Of a stretch of DNA of 64,000 bases, positions 30,605-39,148 are shown in pieces; positions within the stretch are counted from its first letter, which is position 1, and each line of letters begins with the position of its first letter. Location of the stretch: the NCBI GenBank assembly GCA_963775805.1, contig CAVZKG010000001.1, forward strand, positions 1,030,996-1,094,995, written 5' to 3'. The DNA is from an uncultured Verrucomicrobiae bacterium. Its GTDB lineage: Bacteria; Verrucomicrobiota; Verrucomicrobiia; Chthoniobacterales; JAFAMB01. Under the pieces are notes generated by a model. The model was not told where the DNA came from, did no database searches, and saw only the letters and a program-made list of their open reading frames with translations. The position numbers and the translations under genes are program-made.

Positions 30605-32128
30605 ATGAGCGCAAAGGAGAAACGGATCATTAAAGCAGCGACGAATGTGGCCATGTGGGTGGAGGACCGGCTGCATCTGGTAAAGATCTGGAAAGCAACG
30701 GGCGGTCATCCGATTCCAAGGAGCAGTGCGAGCTGGTTCTATGTCTTTGGGAGCATGACCCTGCTCTGCTTTACGATCCAGATTCTCACCGGGATTCTGC
30801 TCGCGATGGTTTACATCCCGTCAGCGAATGAAGCCTATAACAGTCTGCTGATCCTGAATTATCAGCGAGAACTCGGGTGGTTTCTGCGGGCCATGCACTA
30901 CTGGGGTTCGAATTGCATGGTGATTGTCATGGCTTTGCACATGACGCAGGTGTTTCTTTGGGGTGCGTACAAGCATCCGAGAGAGCTCACCTGGATCTCC
31001 GGTGTGGTCCTTTTGCTTCTCACGCTGGCGTTATCCTTTACCGGCCAGGTCATGCGATTCGATTCGGATGCTTATTGGGGAATTGGCATCGGCGCCGCGG
31101 TTGCCGGGCGCATACCGATTATCGGCGCTCAAATGGTAAATCTCATTTTAGGGGGGCCAATCATTGGGAGCGAAACGTTGTCGCGATTCTTCGCTCTCCA
31201 CGTTTTTGTGTTGCCCGGAGCGGTCCTGGCCCTGGTCAGCTTGCATTTACGTCTCGTTCTTTTAAAGGGGATAAACGAATACCCGAAACCGGGGGTTCAA
31301 GTTCGCAGGGAAACCTACGCCAAGGATTACGAAGAGCTTGTTCACAAAGATGGTATGCCGTTCATGCCGGATGGCATTGGGAAGGATATCGTCGCCAATG
31401 GATTGCTTTTGCTGTTGATCGTCGCGCTTGCGCTTTTTGTCGGGCCGAAAGGGCCGGCGACTCCGGCGGATCCAGCTCAAGTAATTTCGGAAGCTAAACC
31501 GGATTATCCATTTCTCTGGTTACTCTCCGCTGCAGCTCTCCTGCCGAGTGGCTCAGAGGTCATCCTCTTCTTCGTCTTTCCGACCATTGCGTTCATTCTA
31601 TTGTTCGGGCTCCCTTTTTTCTCGAACCAGGGTGAGAAACATTTCAGCCGGCGCCCGGTCGCTGTCGTCGTGGTTCTGTTAACCTACCTCACGATCGGCA
31701 TGTTGACGTACGCGGGCCTAACCGGTCCATGGTCCCCGCATATGGAGGCATGGAGCAGCGCTCCAATGGGACCGGAATTTGTGAAAGGGCGTTCGCCGCT
31801 CGAGTTACAGGGTTCGCTGGTGCTTCAGAGCAAACAGTGTCGGAATTGCCACGTGATCGGCGATGAAGGTGGTCACCGCGGACCGGATCTTTCGGGTGTT
31901 GGTGCGCGCATGGATGCACCCGAACTGGTTCGTCAAGTCATCCAGGGAGGTGGCAACATGCCCGCCTACGGCAACAACTTGTCGCCGCAGGAGGTGAAAG
32001 CATTGGTTGCCTATCTCGTCTCCCTCCGCCCTGCGCATACCATCCCTGCGCAAAACCCAGCAAATCTTCCCGGCAAAGAGAATGCGCCGTCCAGCGCGTC
32101 TGCCGCACATTCTCAGACGGGAAGCTAG
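30605..32128 (+). CDS. Cytochrome b (b6-like N-domain plus subunit IV-like C-domain) fused to a C-terminal mono-haem cytochrome c
   Basis: Four candidate haem-ligand His residues in helices B and D (RAMHYW, ALHMTQ, FALHVF, SLHLRL). The subunit IV-like region has KPDYPFLW in place of PEWY. The C-terminus has CRNCH ... MP. Confidence 0.9.
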   Translation: MSAKEKRIIKAATNVAMWVEDRLHLVKIWKATGGHPIPRSSASWFYVFGSMTLLCFTIQILTGILLAMVYIPSANEAYNSLLILNYQRELGWFLRAMHYWGSNCMVIVMALHMTQVFLWGAYKHPRELTWISGVVLLLLTLALSFTGQVMRFDSDAYWGIGIGAAVAGRIPIIGAQMVNLILGGPIIGSETLSRFFALHVFVLPGAVLALVSLHLRLVLLKGINEYPKPGVQVRRETYAKDYEELVHKDGMPFMPDGIGKDIVANGLLLLLIVALALFVGPKGPATPADPAQVISEAKPDYPFLWLLSAAALLPSGSEVILFFVFPTIAFILLFGLPFFSNQGEKHFSRRPVAVVVVLLTYLTIGMLTYAGLTGPWSPHMEAWSSAPMGPEFVKGRSPLELQGSLVLQSKQCRNCHVIGDEGGHRGPDLSGVGARMDAPELVRQVIQGGGNMPAYGNNLSPQEVKALVAYLVSLRPAHTIPAQNPANLPGKENAPSSASAAHSQTGS

Positions 32129-32217
32129 TGCACCCGAGTCCGAGACTGGCTGCAGCTGTTTCCTCGCCTCGAAATATTCGACGTTGGCTTAGCGTAGCGC
32201 TGCTATACTGCTGATCA

Positions 32218-34542
32218 ATGGAAGACCCGGCGAATGCGGTTTTTAGCTCTTGGGCTATACCGATCGGGCCGGTTTTTGCGATCCTGTTTCTGTTTGCCGT
32301 TTATATCCGCGGTTGGATCGGTCTCCAGTTCCGTACCCCGCGCAGATTTCCGTTGTGGCGTCTCCTTGCATTTGCGGGAGGATTGGGCGCGATCTTTCTG
32401 GCGATCGCATCTCCCTTGGATGCATTCGGCAGCCTGCTGCTGCAGGTCCACATGATCCAGCATCTGCTTCTGATGATGGTTGCTCCGCCATTGATCCTCG
32501 CGGGAGCGCCGTACCTGCCACTGCTTTCAGGACTTCCTCGCCTATTCACACGCGAAGTGATCGGACCTTTCCTGATTTGGCCTCCCCTCAAGCGACTCGG
32601 ACATTTCTTGCTCCATCCGGTCGTGTCGTGGATCGCATTCACTTCTTCCAACGTTCTCTGGCATCTGCCGTACTTTTATGAACTCGCGCTGAATTTTCCA
32701 GCCTGGCACGAATTTGAACATTTCTGCTTTCTGTTCACGGGAATCCTCTTCTGGTGGCATCTCATTCAGCCGTGGCCAAGCCGCCCGGTTTGGCCACGCT
32801 GGGCAATGATCCCATATCTTGTTCTCGCCGATTTGCAAAACACCGGGCTCGCAGCGTTTCTGACTTTTTGCGATAGGGTTCTTTATCCAACCTATCAATC
32901 CGCCCCGCGATTGTGGCATTCAAATCCATTAGATGATCAGGTGATCGCCGGAACGATCATGTGGGTGCCCGGCTCCATCGTTTTTCTGGTTCCTGCTGCA
33001 GTCATTGCGCTTCAAGCTCTTTCGCCACGACTCAGCAGGCACGCTTCAGCGGCGGTCGGTTCTACAACATCTGCGGCCAATCCCGATAACGGCCCCGCAG
33101 TTATGCTTCGGAGGCTGGGCCTTGCGCCTCGGGCGGCTCATCAGCCATTCGATTTATTCCGGATTCCAGTTATCGGAGCCGTGCTCCGTTCCAACCGGTT
33201 CCGGCGCGGTATGCAAGTGGTCATGCTGATCCTCGCGATCGCAGTTCTGCTCGACGGATTTTTGGGACCGCAAATGAGCCCGATGAACCTCGCCGGCGTG
33301 CTCCCCTGGACACATTGGCGCGGACTGACGGTCGTGGCCTTGCTCCTCGCAGGTAATTTGTTTTGCATGATCTGCCCGTTCACTCTCGTCCGCGATTTCG
33401 GGCGGCGCTGGTTGCCCGCAAAATGGGTCTGGCCGGCATTTCTAAGAAACAAGTGGCTGGCTGCAGCACTCGTCGGCCTCTACCTCTGGGCATATGAAGC
33501 GTTCAGTCTTTGGAATAGCCCTTGGCTGACTGCATGGATCATTTTGCTTTATTTTCTGTCAGCCTTTTTGATCGACGGATTTTTCCAGGGAGGCAGTTTT
33601 TGCAAATACGTTTGCCCGATTGGACAATTTCATTTCGTTCAGTCGTTGATTTCTCCACTCGAAGTCAAAGTGCATACACCGGATGTCTGCCAGACGTGCA
33701 GGACTCATGATTGCATCCGGGGAAACCTCGAACGACGCGGATGCGAACTGAAGCTCTTTCAACCTAGAAAAAAGGGAAATATGGACTGCACGTTCTGCAT
33801 GGATTGTGTCCATGCATGCCCGCACGATAACGTCGGCTTGATCGCCGTTCTTCCTGGTAAACAGCTGTGGAACGGCGAACAGCGTTCTTCAATCGGATTA
33901 TTTAAAAATCGATTCGATCTTGCCGTGCTTATCCTTGTCTTGGTCTTTGGCGCTTTGGCGAATGCTGCAGGAATGGTCGCGCCCGTCACCGCTCTCTTCG
34001 ATCGAGCTCGTCTCCTCTTCGGACTCGATCGACCGATCGTGATTGCCTTGTTCCTGCTGTCCGGGGTTCTTCTTGTTCCTGGCACAGCCGTCTGGGTCGC
34101 TGCAGTTGTGAGCCGATATTTTGGTAAAGTCGCTGCTTCCACAAAATCATTCGTTTCCGATTTCACGATGACCCTCGCGCCGCTTGGTTTCGCGATGTGG
34201 CTGGCACATCTGGTGTTCCATCTTTTCACCGGGTCGCACACGCCGATTCCGGTGGCACAGCGGATCGCTGTGGATCTTCACCTCGCTCTGTTCGGAAAAC
34301 CGAACTGGGCGATCGCTTCCTGGGCTTTTCCTCAGCTGCTCGATTTCGAGATTCTCTTTCTCGACCTCGGGCTGCTACTCTCGCTCTATGCGGGCTGGAA
34401 AGTCGCGGAGCGATATAACAAATCCGTCAAACGTTGTTTTCTTACTTTTTTGCCATGGGCCGTGATTTACGTTCTATTCTTCCTGGCGGCAATCTGGATC
34501 ATTTTCCAACCGATGGATATGCGCGGAACCATGGTTTCCTGA
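32218..34542 (+). CDS. Fusion protein: CtaG-type cytochrome oxidase assembly factor (N) plus CcoG/NapH-like polyferredoxin membrane domain (C)
   Basis: The N-terminal ~270 aa carry caa3_CtaG signatures (VHMIQHLLLMMVAPPLILAG, HEFEHFCFLFTGILFWW). The C-terminal half has CMICPF, FCKYVCPIGQF and CTFCMDCVHACP Fe-S motifs within TM segments. Confidence 0.8.
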   Translation: MEDPANAVFSSWAIPIGPVFAILFLFAVYIRGWIGLQFRTPRRFPLWRLLAFAGGLGAIFLAIASPLDAFGSLLLQVHMIQHLLLMMVAPPLILAGAPYLPLLSGLPRLFTREVIGPFLIWPPLKRLGHFLLHPVVSWIAFTSSNVLWHLPYFYELALNFPAWHEFEHFCFLFTGILFWWHLIQPWPSRPVWPRWAMIPYLVLADLQNTGLAAFLTFCDRVLYPTYQSAPRLWHSNPLDDQVIAGTIMWVPGSIVFLVPAAVIALQALSPRLSRHASAAVGSTTSAANPDNGPAVMLRRLGLAPRAAHQPFDLFRIPVIGAVLRSNRFRRGMQVVMLILAIAVLLDGFLGPQMSPMNLAGVLPWTHWRGLTVVALLLAGNLFCMICPFTLVRDFGRRWLPAKWVWPAFLRNKWLAAALVGLYLWAYEAFSLWNSPWLTAWIILLYFLSAFLIDGFFQGGSFCKYVCPIGQFHFVQSLISPLEVKVHTPDVCQTCRTHDCIRGNLERRGCELKLFQPRKKGNMDCTFCMDCVHACPHDNVGLIAVLPGKQLWNGEQRSSIGLFKNRFDLAVLILVLVFGALANAAGMVAPVTALFDRARLLFGLDRPIVIALFLLSGVLLVPGTAVWVAAVVSRYFGKVAASTKSFVSDFTMTLAPLGFAMWLAHLVFHLFTGSHTPIPVAQRIAVDLHLALFGKPNWAIASWAFPQLLDFEILFLDLGLLLSLYAGWKVAERYNKSVKRCFLTFLPWAVIYVLFFLAAIWIIFQPMDMRGTMVS

Positions 34543-34564
34543 AGACCTCACAAGCCCAAACGCG

Positions 34565-35119
34565 ATGATTCGGAAACTCCTCCTATTTGGATTAGCTATC
34601 ATTTTGGCGCGTTCGGCATGGGCCGATGGAGGGACAATCCGGTTCCAGGGGGATGCAGGCCCGTTTCACATCACTCTGTTCACCCTGCCTCCCATCCTAA
34701 CTGCCGGTGCAATCGACGCAACGGTGCTCGTCCAGGATCGTACCGGACTCAATCCACTGATCGATGCCGACGTGACTTATGGCCTCGCCGCCGAGTCAGG
34801 GCCTGCAACGCAGACCGCAGCGTGGCTGCCGCCCGCCTGCGCGATGAATCCTCCCCCTTTGCTAACCAGCATTCCTGCGACTCTCGGTCATGGAGAAAAT
34901 CGACTTCTTTACGGGGCCTATCTCCAAATCCCTTACAGCGGTTCCTGGAGAATCAAAATCGACATTCGGCGTGGGACCGAACACGAGACTGTTTCCGCGC
35001 TGCTCGCGGTGCACCCGCCGGCTCCTCCGGTTATGGCCTACTGGCAACTTTTTATCCTCCCGCCTCTGTGTGTCCTCGGATTTATCGTCAATCGATCAGC
35101 GCGCAGCAGGAATCGATGA
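34565..35119 (+). CDS. Secreted/anchored FixH/YtkA-like domain protein
   Basis: It has a signal peptide and a beta-rich domain whose pattern (VLVQDRTG.P..DADV ... HGENRLLYGAY...SGSWRIKIDI) resembles YtkA/FixH Ig-like domains. A C-terminal TM anchor follows. The assignment comes from pattern memory only. Confidence 0.45.
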   Translation: MIRKLLLFGLAIILARSAWADGGTIRFQGDAGPFHITLFTLPPILTAGAIDATVLVQDRTGLNPLIDADVTYGLAAESGPATQTAAWLPPACAMNPPPLLTSIPATLGHGENRLLYGAYLQIPYSGSWRIKIDIRRGTEHETVSALLAVHPPAPPVMAYWQLFILPPLCVLGFIVNRSARSRNR

Positions 35120-35279
35120 TAACTCTCCGCGGGTTTGCAGGCAATGCCGGCCACAGTGAAGAATCTTTGCGGGCTGACGCCGCAACACTTGCGGTCCGAC
35201 CCCAGATCACCGAGTAGTCTGGAAAATTGTCGACTGGAAGAGGGTTCGACTCCGCTGGGCCTTCTTTTATCCCGATCGC

Positions 35280-36599
35280 GTGAAAAATCGCTCCCTCTTA
35301 ATATTCATTCCCCTCCTGCTCTTGGTCCTGGTCTGTGCGGGATGGTTCAGCATCCATTTTTATGTCCACAGCGACGCATTTCGCGAGTGGCTTTCCCGCC
35401 GGGTAAGCCGCTCTATTCACGCAGAGGGCCAATTCGAACCGTTAACCTGGGAAGGTTCCACCTTTCACAGTGCCGGCTTTTCTGCCTTGGGAGGGCCGCG
35501 GAGCAAATTACGGTCACTAAAAGTCACAAACATCTCCGCGCACATCGATTGGAAGCAGCTCCTCAAAGGAGTGTTCGCCATTGATCTGGTGACTGTCGAT
35601 AAACTCGAGGCAGTTGTCGGGAAGAACCATGGGCCGATTCCTCCGCGGCCGCCTCCCGATCATCGGGAGTCGCAACCGGCCTCGCGAGTTCCGATCGAAC
35701 TGCATGTTGAAAAGCTCTACGTCGATTCCGCTAACATCCAATGGCAAACTGCAACCGGTGAGAACGGCGGATTCACCGACACCAAGTTGACCGCCACCAG
35801 CACCGGTCCCAGCGAATGGGATATACAAGCGGTCGGCGGGACAGTGCGACACGCAATCTACCCGCCGCTGCAAGTGGACCATGTTCACGCCTCTGTAAGC
35901 CAGGAGTCCGTTTCCATCGTCGATGCCAAAGCGACTGTTGCCGGCGGGGGTGAGATCACGATCACGGGCAAAATCTCCACGGAAAAACAAGTAAGCGCTC
36001 AATTGAACTTTGATCTTTCCGGTCTGGAACTGAACCCGCTTCTTCCTGCCCAATGGAGAATTGGTGGAAAAATTTCGGGTCATCTCACGTACACCGGTGA
36101 TTTTAATCGGTTTGAACAGGGCGGGATTGCCGGTTCGGTCAAAATCGACGGAGCCTCCTTCGATATGACCAACGTCTTCCCAACCCTGCGTAAACTGGCC
36201 AAATTCGGCGGCTTGAACGATGTCCGAATCGATTCGATCGAAACAAATCTCAAATACAAGGAACAACGATTGGATCTCACCGGTATCCACGCCGGATCAA
36301 AGGACCAAATTCGGGTCGAGGGCTCAGGCAGCCTCACTCCGGACAGGCTCGACGGAGATCTCTTCATTGGGTTGTCCCCGAAAATTCTTGGATGGATTCC
36401 AGGAGCCGAGGAAAAGGTCTTCGTCGATCAACGCGACGGGTTGCGCTGGACAAAGGTGACAATTAGCGGGAGTCCTGCAAAACCCAAAGAAGATCTGACA
36501 CAACGATTGATCTCCGCGTTTAAAGACAAAATGACAAAGGAATTCAACGGAGACACCAAAGACGCGGTCAAATCGCTGCTGGACATGTTCCATCGATAA
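35280..36599 (+). CDS. N-terminally anchored envelope protein, weakly AsmA-like
   Basis: 439 aa with a GTG start, a single N-terminal TM helix and a long beta-rich periplasmic region. No catalytic motifs were recognised. Confidence 0.45.
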   Translation: MKNRSLLIFIPLLLLVLVCAGWFSIHFYVHSDAFREWLSRRVSRSIHAEGQFEPLTWEGSTFHSAGFSALGGPRSKLRSLKVTNISAHIDWKQLLKGVFAIDLVTVDKLEAVVGKNHGPIPPRPPPDHRESQPASRVPIELHVEKLYVDSANIQWQTATGENGGFTDTKLTATSTGPSEWDIQAVGGTVRHAIYPPLQVDHVHASVSQESVSIVDAKATVAGGGEITITGKISTEKQVSAQLNFDLSGLELNPLLPAQWRIGGKISGHLTYTGDFNRFEQGGIAGSVKIDGASFDMTNVFPTLRKLAKFGGLNDVRIDSIETNLKYKEQRLDLTGIHAGSKDQIRVEGSGSLTPDRLDGDLFIGLSPKILGWIPGAEEKVFVDQRDGLRWTKVTISGSPAKPKEDLTQRLISAFKDKMTKEFNGDTKDAVKSLLDMFHR

Positions 36600-36600
36600 T

Positions 36601-37068
36601 ATGGCTTCATTGAATTTTCGCCTGAATGTCGCGGCGATTATTATGAAGCCGGACGGAAAAATCCTGATCGGAGAACGCACCAATGTCGCAAACGCCTGGC
36701 AATTTCCGCAAGGAGGCGTCAAACGTTCCGAAACGCTGCAAGAAGCACTTCGGCGTGAATTGCAGGAAGAAGTCTCATTGGCTCCACGGCATTATCAGGT
36801 GATCGAATCAAAAGGACCTTATCGTTACCTCTTTCCGGCAGGACGTACCAAGGAAGGATTCCACGGCCAGGAACAGATCTATTTCCTAATCCAGTTCACA
36901 GGGAACGACTCTGATCTCAATGCCGAAACAAAAGAACCGGAATTCACGAATATTCGCTGGATTAAACCCTCCGAGTTCAAAATCGATTGGGTGCCAGAGT
37001 TTAAGCAAGCAGTCTATCAGCAGGTATTTGCGGACTTTTTTGGGCTCGATTTGGGTGGATCCGAATAA
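36601..37068 (+). CDS. rppH: NUDIX hydrolase, RNA pyrophosphohydrolase-like
   Basis: 155 aa with Nudix box GGVKRSETLQEALRRELQEEVSL and an RppH-like N-terminus (WQFPQGG). Confidence 0.8.
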   Translation: MASLNFRLNVAAIIMKPDGKILIGERTNVANAWQFPQGGVKRSETLQEALRRELQEEVSLAPRHYQVIESKGPYRYLFPAGRTKEGFHGQEQIYFLIQFTGNDSDLNAETKEPEFTNIRWIKPSEFKIDWVPEFKQAVYQQVFADFFGLDLGGSE

Positions 37069-37313
37069 ATTTGGGCTTTTATGATAAGAAGCTCAGTTTC
37101 CTTTTGACTCTCACCGGGTATTCCGGCATCACCAGTGGCGTATGTTGACTTTGGGAGCTTTTTTGTTTCTTGGTTCCGCGTTAATTGGTTGTGTTTGGTG
37201 GGCGTGCAAAACGGATGATGCAAATCGCTCACGGTAGCGTCCTCTAAATTGTTAAATCGATCCTTCTGGTGCGGGCCTGGCCGGGAGGAATAAACAGGGA
37301 ATACATGGGAAAT

Positions 37314-37340
37314 TCGTCGCTGAAGAGGCGGCGATTTTTT
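37314..37340 (+). terminator. Intrinsic terminator-like hairpin with U-tract, 245 nt downstream of rppH
   Basis: TCGTCGC-tgaagag-GCGGCGA forms a 7-bp stem with one G-U pair. It is followed directly by TTTTTT. Confidence 0.5.
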
Positions 37341-37466
37341 AAATAGCACCCGGATATTGTAACTGAGATTGTTACAGAAAGAACCTTTCTTATCCAACCT
37401 GTTCAATCAGCATGGCTTACAACTGAGCTTGATTGAAAACTGATTTTGTTCCACGATGCTGGCACC

Positions 37467-37997
37467 ATGAAATTGGTCGGATGGCTCCGGTTCACATGGG
37501 AAAGCAAACTGCTTCCCGGCACAAGTTATCTCTTTCGAGAAGAGTATTCGATCCGGCGCGCTACCAAACACGAGAAAACGCAGGCTTGGCAGGTCATCAG
37601 CAGCTGTTTTCTTCTGGATACCTGCTGGAACGATGTCGTGACCGCGATGCTGCCGCCGATCCGTCACGACTTCGAAGAAAGCTTCGGTCACCGTGAGATT
37701 GATTGCCTGGTGATCACCCACGGGAATCGAACCATAGGGGCTTCCCTCATCAAGCCGTTACCCGATCTCTCTAATCACCTTATTTCCGGCCCCTGTATTT
37801 CGAGCGAATATCGGAACCGCGGTTTTGGATCCGTATTGCTCAAAGAGTCACTTCTCCTGGTCGCGAATCACGGTACACCGAGAATTTTCGGCGTGACTCG
37901 TTCCACCAGCCCAGCCGCCCGGTTTGTCTACCCAAAGTTCGAAGGTCGCTCCGAGAGCTACGAATTACCGATGGGCGACGTCGCCCTGGCTCAGTAG
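37467..37997 (+). CDS. GNAT-family N-acetyltransferase (divergent)
   Basis: The acetyl-CoA motif A-like segment is ISSEYRNRGFGSVLLKESL. ATG 37467 is preferred over TTG 37446. Confidence 0.55.
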   Translation: MKLVGWLRFTWESKLLPGTSYLFREEYSIRRATKHEKTQAWQVISSCFLLDTCWNDVVTAMLPPIRHDFEESFGHREIDCLVITHGNRTIGASLIKPLPDLSNHLISGPCISSEYRNRGFGSVLLKESLLLVANHGTPRIFGVTRSTSPAARFVYPKFEGRSESYELPMGDVALAQ

Positions 37998-38007
37998 AGG
38001 GCGGAGA

Positions 38008-38245
38008 GTTTGGGGTTCGAGGTTCCGGGTTCGTAGGGGCGGAGCTCCTTCTCCTTTGCTTGTATCCTTGGACGAATCGTACTCGTGATCGTCCTCGTGC
38101 TCGTACTCGGAGGCGTTCGGCGTTCACGGTTCGGCGTTCACGGTTCGGCGTTCGGCGTTCGGCGTTTGCCGTTCGCATGTAGGCGTCTCGCCTGTCCACT
38201 TAGCGGCTTCCAGGCAAGCTGCGTTCAAGGTTCCGGGTTTGAGGG
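38008..38245 (+). repeat. Cluster of low-complexity repeats (GGTTCGA type, hexamer TCGTNN run, 9 x GGCGTTC heptamer)
   Basis: 38008..38039 is gtttggggttcgaggttccgggttcgtagggg. 38080..38108 is tcgtgatcgtcctcgtgctcgtactcgg. 38112..38176 is a tandem run of ggcgttc/acggttc heptamers. 38221..38245 is gcgttcaaggttccgggtttgaggg. Confidence 0.85.
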
Positions 38246-38491
38246 AGCGGACTCCCTCGTTGGTGTGATCCTTCCTCCCTCCGGGACCGTTCTAAAGCGG
38301 AGCAGAATGACGTGCCTATCCAACTTGGGTATTGGCCGACACGCCCATACTCCCACACGCCGACACCGCATCCATTTGGTTGCGGCTTCCTCCGCCGCGC
38401 CGTGCTTCTGTGGTGAATCCCCTCTCTGCGCCCTCCCTCCCATCTCCGCGTTCTCCAAAATTGCTCTTGAAATAGAAAGCGAGCCAGATAG

Positions 38492-38505
38492 TGTTCATCC
38501 GAACA
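38492..38505. promoter_or_regulatory. Candidate LexA operator (SOS box) TGTTCATCCGAACA
   Basis: A perfect TGTTC-N4-GAACA palindrome ends 1 nt before the imuA ATG. It is the only such palindrome I found in the window. As I recall, it matches the palindromic LexA motif reported for Verrucomicrobia. Confidence 0.6.
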
Positions 38506-38506
38506 T

Positions 38507-39148
38507 ATGTCCGCTTCGCCTAAAATTATCGAGTTACGCAAGGTTTTAGCCGAACGGTTTCCACATCAAAACAGCCCCCCTTCCTTTTGCTTCCCCACGG
38601 GATGGGACCCGCTCGATTCCCTTCTCGGAGGAGGCTTGCCAAAAGGAGGAATCACACAACTGCTGATTCCAAATATCAGTTCAGGAGGCGCGATCGTATT
38701 ACATGAAATCATTGATGCGATGCAGGGGCTTGCACATCATGTCGTTTTGATCGATGGCAAAAATTGTTTTGAACCGATTACAGATCATCCACTTCTGCTC
38801 TGGATCCGCTGCAACAATGTCCTGCAGGCTTTGAAAGCAACCGATTTGGTTCTCCGGGACGGCAACCTGCCGCTAGTCATCCTCGATTTCAAAGAAAGCC
38901 TGGAGAAGGAACTCAGGAAAATTCCCTGCTCCGCCTGGTATCGATTTCAACGGATTACCGAAGAAAACAGAGGCACGCTGCTCACCATCACACGTCATCC
39001 CGTAATCACCAACGCACAGATTACAATTTCACTATCACGCCAACTTTCTATTGATGACTTATCAACAAGAAGATCTGATTTGATCAAATGCATTTCACTG
39101 AAAATAACTCGTTCAAGAATTCAACAGGAATATCGATATGCGTCGTAA
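38507..39148 (+). CDS. imuA: ImuA-like (RecA/SulA-fold) protein of the mutagenesis cassette
   Basis: 213 aa and first gene of an imuA-imuB-dnaE2 arrangement. The N-terminus (LRKVLAERFP....W..LDSLLGGGLPKGGITQL) is typical of ImuA-type proteins. Confidence 0.7.
   Translation: MSASPKIIELRKVLAERFPHQNSPPSFCFPTGWDPLDSLLGGGLPKGGITQLLIPNISSGGAIVLHEIIDAMQGLAHHVVLIDGKNCFEPITDHPLLLWIRCNNVLQALKATDLVLRDGNLPLVILDFKESLEKELRKIPCSAWYRFQRITEENRGTLLTITRHPVITNAQITISLSRQLSIDDLSTRRSDLIKCISLKITRSRIQQEYRYAS

Noticed and set aside
35236-35262. tRNA-like T-arm sequence (gagGGTTCGACTCCgct) in the spacer before the AsmA-like gene.
   Set aside because: The flanking bases do not form a T-stem (GAGGG versus CCGCT), and no acceptor or anticodon arms can be built. 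It is at most a degenerate tRNA fragment.
34618-35584. Alternative-frame ORFs (199 aa and 149 aa) overlapping the FixH-like gene and the downstream spacer.
   Set aside because: They are Arg/Ser/Pro-rich with no motifs. The in-frame FixH-like ORF has a proper signal peptide and anchor.
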